Shown piece after piece: positions 1-4,262 of a stretch of DNA of 5,289 nt. Position 1 is the stretch's first letter. Each line of letters opens with the position of its first letter. The position numbers and the translations under genes are program-made. The notes beneath the pieces are model-generated. The model saw only the letters and a program-made list of their open reading frames with translations, was not told the origin of the DNA and ran no database searches. Source of the stretch: a virus; IMG/VR virus record IMGVR_UViG_3300020044_012721, positions 1 to 5,289 of that record; one strand, given 5' to 3'.

Positions 1-121
1 AGACAAACAGCTACGGGAGTACGCGTCGCACTGCAATTAGACGCAGAATCACAAACCGACTTAGGAAGCGACGCCACGTTAGCCGCTTCTTTGTAATACT
101 TGGTACCGACTGCGGCTTGAT
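1..121. repeat. Left copy of the exact 121-nt terminal direct repeat (identical to 5169-5289)
   Basis: Base-by-base comparison: agacaaacagctacgggagt...ggtaccgactgcggcttgat is identical at 1-121 and 5169-5289. Confidence 0.97.
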
Positions 122-548
122 TGCAGCCGACGTTATCAATGCACCACTCGGTAGTCTGTGGCGAAGTTGAATACCCGACATTCTGACCGTTGCAAGTCGG
201 ATACGCTGTCCCACGCGTGAACCAGAAATAGCCGCCAGTCGTCGAGCAATGCCCGATGGCCTGACCGGCGTAATACGCCTCAAGGCCCGCTTTCGCCGTA
301 GGCCAGCCAGCGTTGCCCGCTGCTATGGTGCAGTCGGTAACATTCATCGTCCCGCACTTGACCCACGGGCCCGCCGCCCACGTGGGACTAGAACCACGGG
401 CCAACATGCGCCGTTGAGTCTGCGTCCCGTCCGAGTGCTGATTAGGACCGCAGGGCGCGGGGTTGTCGGCGTGTGCGGCAGAGAGATGAATCAGTCCGAC
501 GAGAATAGCAAGTAGGACGCTACGACAAGCGCCAGTAACAATATCCAT
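1..548 (-). CDS. 5' part of the gpIII-like adsorption/minor coat protein gene; runs off the left window edge and continues at 5289..4259 across the circular junction
   Basis: ATG at 548-546, preceded by GGAG about 8 nt upstream (ggagatggaaggATG). My manual translation is open to position 1: MDIVTGACRSVLLAILVGLIHLSAAHA/DNPAPCGPNQHSDG...GTKYYKEAANVASLPKSVCDSASNCSATRTPVAVC. It has a clear Sec signal peptide with an AHA cleavage motif. The frame (548 mod 3 = 2) matches track ORF 4259..5245 after subtracting 5168 (5245 -> 77). The track omits it because there is no in-window stop. Confidence 0.85.
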   Translation of the reverse strand, partial: MDIVTGACRSVLLAILVGLIHLSAAHADNPAPCGPNQHSDGTQTQRRMLARGSSPTWAAGPWVKCGTMNVTDCTIAAGNAGWPTAKAGLEAYYAGQAIGHCSTTGGYFWFTRGTAYPTCNGQNVGYSTSPQTTEWCIDNVGCNQAAVGTKYYKEAANVASLPKSVCDSASNCSATRTPVAVC

Positions 549-576
549 CCTTCCATCTCCGAATCCTCGCCGGGAG

Positions 577-602
577 AAAAAAGGGGACGGATACCCGTCC
601 CC
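577..602 (-). terminator. Rho-independent terminator immediately downstream of the major coat protein gene
   Basis: Minus strand reads GGGGACGG-GTAT-CCGTCCCC followed by TTTTTT (plus strand A-run 577-582, stem 583-590/595-602). This is an 8-bp GC stem, a 4-nt loop and a T6 tail, 8 nt after the coat gene stop at 610-612. Confidence 0.85.
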
Positions 603-609
603 TATTCCG

Positions 610-798
610 TCACATTGCGCGACGAACCCACTTGAACGCCTTGATGGCGACAAGCAGAAGCAGCACAGCGCCGCCGATCGCCGTCACAGGGGCCACCTGC
701 GCGCCGATATCCGTCACGACGTCATCGACGTCAACAGCCGCCGCGAAGGCCGGCGAGGCCAGCAGCGAAAGCGCTGCCACCGTCAGGTACTTACGCAT
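610..798 (-). CDS. Major coat protein (gpVIII-like), 62-aa precursor
   Basis: Internal ATG (798-796) of track ORF 610..1026, preceded by GAGGAG about 8 nt upstream. Sequence: MRKYLTVAALSLLASPAFA/AAVDVDDVVTDIGAQVAPVTAIGGAVLLLLVAIKAFKWVRRAM. It has a signal peptide, an acidic N-terminus, a hydrophobic core and a basic C-terminus (K,K,R,R), the classic inovirus coat layout. The terminator follows. Confidence 0.88.
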   Translation of the reverse strand: MRKYLTVAALSLLASPAFAAAVDVDDVVTDIGAQVAPVTAIGGAVLLLLVAIKAFKWVRRAM

Positions 799-800
799 AA

Positions 801-1034
801 TCAACTCTCCTCGATCTGCTTTTTGAAAACCCGAAAGAACCAAGCGACAGACCAAAGACCAATGACCGCCGCAGCAATCAAGCCTGCCCCTTCTAACGAG
901 AGCTCGGGCAATACTCCCGTATCCGACAACACCAACGACGGAACCCCCCCCGCATCGGTGCACGCAGCTTCCAGCGTCGTGACCACAGTCGGCGTAGACG
1001 TCGGAGATGCACAAACGAAAATCCATTCAGCCAT
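801..1034 (-). CDS. 77-aa small membrane protein in the gpVII/gpIX position (putative minor virion or assembly protein)
   Basis: ATG at 1034-1032 is the first start after an in-frame TAG seven codons upstream. Stop TGA at 803-801 lies 2 nt before the coat gene ATG. The C-terminus has a hydrophobic segment, GAGLIAAAVIGLWSVAWFFRVF, followed by the basic KK. There is no signal peptide and only a weak SD. The assignment rests on position only. Confidence 0.55.
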   Translation of the reverse strand: MAEWIFVCASPTSTPTVVTTLEAACTDAGGVPSLVLSDTGVLPELSLEGAGLIAAAVIGLWSVAWFFRVFKKQIEES

Positions 1035-1112
1035 ACACGCCGGGGGACCCCCGAACTACACCCAAGCAATCGGCTCCGCCGTGCCGAGCCGCTCAGGGGC
1101 CCCCCTAACCTC

Positions 1113-1388
1113 TTATGCGGCCTTCGCCGAGTTACCAGACGCCAGCGGCAACAGTTCAATCAACCGGATTTCTAACCGGCCGCGCTCCCCGAACTGGAAA
1201 CAGCGCGGGCCAGTGATGTAGAGCCCGACCGGATACGGAGCACGGTCAGACAACTTAACCTTGACCTCTATCGGAAAAGCCTTGCCGGTATGCAGCCAGC
1301 CGACTTGCGACCGTGAGACACCCTTGCGGCCGTCGAACTCGTACGGCTTTTCGGTCACAGCTGCATCCTTGATTTCTACGCGAAGCAT
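1113..1388 (-). CDS. ssDNA-binding protein (gpV-like), 91 aa
   Basis: ATG at 1388-1386 with AGAGGGA about 6 nt upstream; it overlaps the Rep 3' end by 13 nt. Sequence: MLRVEIKDAAVTEKPYEFDGRKGVSRSQVGWLHTGKAFPIEVKVKLSDRAPYPVGLYITGPRCFQFGERGRLEIRLIELLPL... This aligns by eye with M13 gpV recalled from memory (MIKVEIK..., GVSR, YPVLVKITL, YAPGLYTV, FKVGQFGSLMIDRLRLVP). It also sits directly after Rep. Confidence 0.8.
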   Translation of the reverse strand: MLRVEIKDAAVTEKPYEFDGRKGVSRSQVGWLHTGKAFPIEVKVKLSDRAPYPVGLYITGPRCFQFGERGRLEIRLIELLPLASGNSAKAA

Positions 1389-2095
1389 TGAACGTCCCTC
1401 TTTTGAATTGCGAACCATTCACCAACGGCCGGCCAGTAGGACGGCCACCACTCCCCCGTCAGACGGGAGAACCAACCCCCTCCCGGTGCACGCAACACGC
1501 GATCCTCGGGCATGCACCTTTCGCGCTGATAGCGCGGAAGAACCCACCACGTGCGTTCGAGCCTTGCGGCCGGTTCGAGGCCACCGAACCCGGAAAGACG
1601 ACAGCCACGCGGAAACCAAAGGCCATCGCTTGAGCGGCCCTTAGAGCAGTACTTAACGAGATACCCGACAGGCTTGCGCGCCCACTCAATGCGCGTCATC
1701 CCGTGAGGCCACCAGCCTTGCTTGTCGGGCTTTGGCATCGTGAGCCCAGGACGAAGCCAGAAAACGACGTGATAGTGGACGCGCCCGTTTTTCTGTAACT
1801 CCGCAACCCACACGTAGCGCGCAGCCTCGTTGCGACGCGCCAGCCACTTGCGAACGTGCATCAAGAAGTTGGAGACATGACGAGCGCCCCAATAGACGTC
1901 GGGCCGATAGGTGAGCGTTACCATGGCGGTTTTCACCCGGAACCCCGCCCCGGTAGTCTGTGACTGCAACAAGTCAGCAGACCGACTGACACTCTTGAAC
2001 ACCCGACCCAAGCGAGAGTCCCAAACAAGTGTCGGGAGGTTGTCGCCCTCCCCCGTCCCACTTGTTTGTGATCTGACAAGCCCAGTGGAGGTCAC
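1376..2095 (-). CDS. Rolling-circle replication initiator (HUH endonuclease superfamily, gpII-like), 239 aa
   Basis: GTG start at 2095-2093 with a strong GAGGAGG 7 nt upstream. The three RCR motifs occur in order: motif I MVTLTY (aa 58-63), motif II HUH as HYHVVFW (aa 107-113), motif III catalytic Tyr as YLVKYCSK (aa 145-152). An alternative start at Met58 cannot be excluded. Confidence 0.85.
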   Translation of the reverse strand: MTSTGLVRSQTSGTGEGDNLPTLVWDSRLGRVFKSVSRSADLLQSQTTGAGFRVKTAMVTLTYRPDVYWGARHVSNFLMHVRKWLARRNEAARYVWVAELQKNGRVHYHVVFWLRPGLTMPKPDKQGWWPHGMTRIEWARKPVGYLVKYCSKGRSSDGLWFPRGCRLSGFGGLEPAARLERTWWVLPRYQRERCMPEDRVLRAPGGGWFSRLTGEWWPSYWPAVGEWFAIQKRDVQCFA

Positions 2096-2340
2096 GCGTC
2101 TACCTCCTCTGTCGACGCCGCCGCCTCAGCCCGACGCACGCGCCTGAACGCCTCCACGAACTGCGACAGCTGCCCCCGCGCCATGCGTTCCGCTTCCTCG
2201 GGGGACGACGCCCACCCGAAAGCGACCGTTTGCGACTCGCGCAACGCGTTGCGAATGACGAACCCGTACCCATACCCGACCGGCAACACCCGCCACTCAA
2301 GCGGAGCGGCATCAGCGACCACGAACGGTTGCCACTTCAT
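2092..2340 (-). CDS. Hypothetical 82-aa protein, first gene after the intergenic region, translationally coupled to Rep
   Basis: Internal ATG (2340-2338) of track ORF 2092..2583, preceded by AAGGCGGGGG. Sequence: MKWQPFVVADAAPLEWRVLPVGYGYGFVIRNALRESQTVAFGWASSPEEAERMARGQLSQFVEAFRRVRRAEAAASTEEVDA. Its TGA overlaps the Rep GTG (GTGA at 2092-2095). The 81-aa N-terminal extension in the track is R/P/G-rich and runs through the structured intergenic DNA, so I rejected it. I recognise no family. Confidence 0.5.
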   Translation of the reverse strand: MKWQPFVVADAAPLEWRVLPVGYGYGFVIRNALRESQTVAFGWASSPEEAERMARGQLSQFVEAFRRVRRAEAAASTEEVDA

Positions 2341-2495
2341 ACGGCCCCCGCCTTCGCGTAGTAGTCGCGCGCCCACGTGCGAGAACCAAGGCACAGCGGG
2401 CAAGTAACCGCCGACAGCATCAGTGTCGCGCGGTGAGCGGAACCCACTGGCCACGCCCCCGGTCCCCACTCCGCTACACAAGCGATGGACGGCAG

Positions 2496-2528
2496 GGTTG
2501 GCCCGTAATGAAAAACGCCCCGGCCACC
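2496..2528 (-). other. Stem-loop with an AT-rich loop (candidate origin or nick-site hairpin)
   Basis: Plus strand GGTTGGCC (2496-2503) pairs with GGCCACC (2522-2528): 7 bp with one bulged T. The 18-nt loop reads GGGGCGTTTTTCATTACG on the viral (minus) strand. The structure is seen; the function is inferred. Confidence 0.4.
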
Positions 2529-2566
2529 TTGCGATGACTGGGGCGCTATCCCGGAGGTCGAGGGGT

Positions 2567-2584
2567 GGTGGCCCTCGGGCCACC
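2567..2584. other. Perfect GC-rich hairpin GGTGGCCC-TC-GGGCCACC
   Basis: 8-nt perfect inverted repeat around a TC centre. Effectively a 7-bp stem with a 4-nt loop. Confidence 0.6.
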
Positions 2585-2613
2585 TACCTGCGGAATGGTC
2601 ATGCACTTGGAAC

Positions 2614-2646
2614 CCCTCCCGTGCGAGTCAGAATGACTCGGGAGGG
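2614..2646. other. Bulged 14-bp hairpin immediately adjacent to the iterons
   Basis: CCCTCCCG(tgc)GAGTCA-gaa-TGACTCGGGAGGG. Arms 2614-2630 and 2634-2646, a 3-nt bulge (2622-2624) and a 3-nt loop. Confidence 0.7.
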
Positions 2647-2649
2647 AAT

Positions 2650-2687
2650 ATAGCTACCCCTAGCTATGGATAGCAACCCCTAGCGAT
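2650..2687. repeat. Two 20-bp-phased iterons / operator-like palindromes
   Basis: ATAGCTACCCCTAGC (2650-2664) and ATAGCAACCCCTAGC (2670-2684) match at 14/15. TAGC begins at 2651, 2661, 2671 and 2681, and TAG again at 2701, so the phasing is exactly 10 bp. Unit 1 is a perfect 7-bp inverted repeat, ATAGCTA-CCCC-TAGCTAT (2650-2667). Unit 2 is a degenerate copy, ATAGCAA-CCCC-TAGCGAT. Confidence 0.8.
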
Positions 2688-2762
2688 AGGTATTTGTACC
2701 TAGACCATGCTGACCGCCGGTACCGCAGGAGGTTTGTGCAACGTGGCGGACGCGAACCCGGC

Positions 2763-2790
2763 AGGCGACACGATATACATTATGCGAACT
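2763..2790 (-). promoter_or_regulatory. dif-like XerC/XerD recombination site (putative phage attP)
   Basis: Minus strand AGTTCGCATAA-TGTATA-TCGTGTCGCCT versus E. coli dif GGTGCGCATAA-TGTATA-TTATGTTAAAT. The XerC arm matches 9/11, the central region 6/6 and the XerD arm 5/11. Plus strand 2774-2788 reads TATACATTATGCGAA, which I recall as the attP/dif core reported for Xanthomonas filamentous phages. It is one of the two AT-rich patches in the intergenic region (the other is at 2506-2515). Confidence 0.75.
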
Positions 2791-2840
2791 CGCCGCCCGT
2801 TGAGGCCTGCGGCTTAGGACAAGGCAGACGGCTACGCCTC

Positions 2841-2858
2841 GGGCCTTCGGCCCTTCGG
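2841..2858. other. Mini-hairpin GGGCC-TTC-GGCCC overlapping a tandem CCTTCGG x2
   Basis: 5-bp stem with a 3-nt loop at 2841-2853. CCTTCGG occurs at 2844-2850 and 2852-2858. Confidence 0.5.
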
Positions 2859-2860
2859 AT

Positions 2861-2891
2861 GGCGCGGGCCCGCTACGCGGGCCCCTGCGCC
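2861..2891 (-). other. Strong GC hairpin enclosing the pI/Zot stop codon (candidate packaging signal or non-canonical terminator)
   Basis: GGCGCGGGCCCGC (2861-2873) pairs with GCGGGCCCCTGCGCC (2877-2891): 8 + 5 bp with a 2-nt bulge. On the minus strand the stop codon TAG (2875-2873) sits at the hairpin tip, spanning loop positions 2875-2874 and the closing pair C2873-G2877. No T-run follows. Confidence 0.55.
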
Positions 2892-3961
2892 CCACCTAGT
2901 GGCGACGGAACGGGCTTAGGTGTCGCTGAACGTGCCGCCGCCGATTCGGGCTCCAGTGGAGCCTGCTGCGGCCCTTGTGACGCATCAAGGCGTCGTATGT
3001 TCTCGGCCTTCGCATCGAAGTCCGGCCGGGTCGGGTCAAAAATGCCGCGCTTCACGAAGGCGAGGCATTGCCGATATTCAACATCAATTTCAGCGCCGAA
3101 CTGATCCGCGCAACGACACTGCGGCGGACCCTTCCGACCGCCGATGGGCTCAATAACCATCGTCATGCAGCCGGCCACGCGTGGCGCCGTGATTTCTTGC
3201 GCGATCTCATCATAACGCGGAGCCGACCAGCCCCAACGATCAGACCGCGTACGAAACGCGGCCGGGTCCCAACGATTGGCAGTCCGATGCGGCTGCGCTT
3301 CCTGCTTGGCCGCAATCGTGGCGGTTTCGAGCTTGTCCCCGACCGGATCACGCAGCGACATGAAAGCCAACACACCGCACGCAATCGCCCCCACGACAGA
3401 ACCGCCAAGAATCGCCAGCTTCTTAATCGGTAGCTCTTTCTTGACCGTATGCATATCACTGGATTTGTACCAGCCGTAGCGTTCTTTCGGATACGGAAAG
3501 GACTCGGTTAACGCCAGCGATTGCACGCTGCGGTCATGCGGATCGACTTGCCTTTCCCACTGCCGGACGGTTGCCTTGTCCTGACCGAAGGTGCGCGTAA
3601 TGTGATAGTGCCGCCCGACCAGCTTGCGCACCGCGATGTCGAGCAGTTGCGGGTGCTGCGTTATCAGGTAGATATCGAAACCGCGATGCCGGTGCGTCTC
3701 AAATTCCGACACCCAACGCGGTACCTGGGCCCCTTGCTTGCGTGGCGGAAATACCCGTTGCGCCTCATCAATGACAACGATTGACCCGTCCGGCAAGTCA
3801 AACCAACTCGCAGGCTCATCGAGCGCCAACCACGGCAACACCAAATCCGGAATGCCGGACTGGTAGACGTTACGGCCGGACTCCTGCCGCAACTTTTCCA
3901 CCAGCCCCAACGTGTAAAGGGTTTTCCCGTTACCCGGTTGCCCCGTGACGAGAACGAGCAT
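2873..3961 (-). CDS. zot: Assembly/export ATPase, pI / Zot (zonula occludens toxin-like) family, 362 aa
   Basis: N-terminal MLVLVTGQPGNGKTLY contains Walker A GQPGNGKT (3920-3943), resembling M13 pI MAVYFVTGKLGAGKTL. Walker B is IVVIDEAQ (3758-3781). A single central TM segment, LAILGGSVVGAIACGVLAFM (aa 182-201), precedes a periplasmic C-terminal domain. The ATG at 3961 lies 1 nt after the upstream gene's stop (TAGcATG). Confidence 0.93.
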   Translation of the reverse strand: MLVLVTGQPGNGKTLYTLGLVEKLRQESGRNVYQSGIPDLVLPWLALDEPASWFDLPDGSIVVIDEAQRVFPPRKQGAQVPRWVSEFETHRHRGFDIYLITQHPQLLDIAVRKLVGRHYHITRTFGQDKATVRQWERQVDPHDRSVQSLALTESFPYPKERYGWYKSSDMHTVKKELPIKKLAILGGSVVGAIACGVLAFMSLRDPVGDKLETATIAAKQEAQPHRTANRWDPAAFRTRSDRWGWSAPRYDEIAQEITAPRVAGCMTMVIEPIGGRKGPPQCRCADQFGAEIDVEYRQCLAFVKRGIFDPTRPDFDAKAENIRRLDASQGPQQAPLEPESAAARSATPKPVPSPLGGAQGPA

Positions 3962-3962
3962 G

Positions 3963-4262
3963 CTATTGGAGCGTCAGACGCTTAAGTATCGGCTGCGCCA
4001 ACCCGCGCCACGTAATCACCGAGAAACCGGCCGACAGCACCACTTGCATAGCGTCATCAACTCGGGCCATGACAAGAATAGACAAGATCGACGCGCCAGC
4101 CCCGGACAGATTCGACCAAATGCCGGCCGTTACGGTATCCCAAAGCGTCGAGATACCGACGTACGCAACAATGGTAAAGCCGATGCCAACCAGCGCCCGA
4201 ACGACCAGCCCAACAATGGCCGTACCAAGCGCGGCCGTAATCGCTGCTGCGACAGGAATCAT
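3963..4262 (-). CDS. gpVI-like small integral membrane protein (minor coat / assembly), 99 aa
   Basis: Internal ATG (4262-4260) of track ORF 3963..4364 overlaps the gpIII-like stop as ATGA. Sequence: MIPVAAAITAALGTAIVGLVVRALVGIGFTIVAYVGISTLW...ILSILVMA...VVLSAGFSVITW. It is highly hydrophobic with about 3 TM segments. It sits between the adsorption protein and pI/Zot, as gpVI does in Ff phages and small hydrophobic proteins do in many Zot-encoding phages. Confidence 0.7.
   Translation of the reverse strand: MIPVAAAITAALGTAIVGLVVRALVGIGFTIVAYVGISTLWDTVTAGIWSNLSGAGASILSILVMARVDDAMQVVLSAGFSVITWRGLAQPILKRLTLQ

Larger units (their letters stand above)
2341..2872. other. Large intergenic region (about 530 nt) carrying the cis-acting elements (hairpins, iterons, attP)
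   Basis: No convincing ORF on either strand. It contains several GC-rich inverted repeats, phased direct repeats and the only two AT-rich patches in the region. It lies between the assembly gene and the replication module, like the Ff intergenic region. Confidence 0.75.

Noticed and set aside
11-283. Minus-strand 90-aa ORF at the left end (MRRITPVRPSGIARR...)
   Set aside because: It is out of frame within the adsorption gene 5' segment (548..1), which has a start, an SD and a signal peptide and joins in phase across the junction. The product is Arg-rich and shadow-like.
610-1026. Long 138-aa version of the major coat ORF, and likewise the long versions 1113..1418 (101 aa), 2092..2583 (163 aa) and 3963..4364 (133 aa)
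   Set aside because: In each case an internal ATG has a better SD, removes a large overlap with the upstream gene, and gives a protein starting with a sensible feature (signal peptide, MLRVEIK, a TM helix). The extensions are low-complexity translations of neighbouring genes or structured intergenic DNA.
1113-1120. A second TTATGCG heptamer at the gpV-like stop codon, as a possible second dif half-site
   Set aside because: Only 7 nt match, with no adjacent TGTATA central region or second arm. It is probably chance.
893-1159. Minus-strand 88-aa Arg-rich ORF overlapping the 77-aa ORF, and similar Arg-rich ORFs at 1419..1619, 1459..1689, 1686..1892, 2100..2312, 3163..3459, 4369..4623 and 4627..4947
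   Set aside because: These are alternative-frame shadows inside stronger genes. They have extreme Arg/Cys/Trp or Arg/Pro content and no SD.
1376-2095. gpX-like internal in-frame start within Rep (e.g. Met120 or Met133)
   Set aside because: There is no SD or other sequence signal. It is analogy to Ff only, and weaker than the pXI-like case, which at least has the conserved Met-before-TM geometry.
2337-2606. Minus-strand 89-aa ORF in the intergenic region (MHDHSAGRWPEGHH...), with a GGGAGGGG about 11 nt upstream of its ATG
   Set aside because: The apparent SD is part of the 2614-2646 hairpin stem. The ORF runs through three hairpins. The product is G/P/S/A-rich with no hydrophobic core pattern. 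I cannot exclude it without comparative data, but coding is unlikely.
2423-2653. Plus-strand 76-aa ORF considered as a divergently transcribed repressor, as in many lysogenic inoviruses
   Set aside because: It has a GTG start without an SD and a P/R/G/T-rich sequence with no helix-turn-helix-like segment. It ends inside the hairpin/iteron region. Nothing supports a real gene.
2341-2872. Sigma-70-type promoters for the operon (e.g. TTGCAC around 2735, TTCCAA around 2605-2610, TTGGTT...TACTAC around 2350-2385 on the minus strand)
   Set aside because: None combines acceptable -35 and -10 hexamers at 16-18 bp spacing. I cannot support a promoter call from sequence alone, though one must exist in this region.
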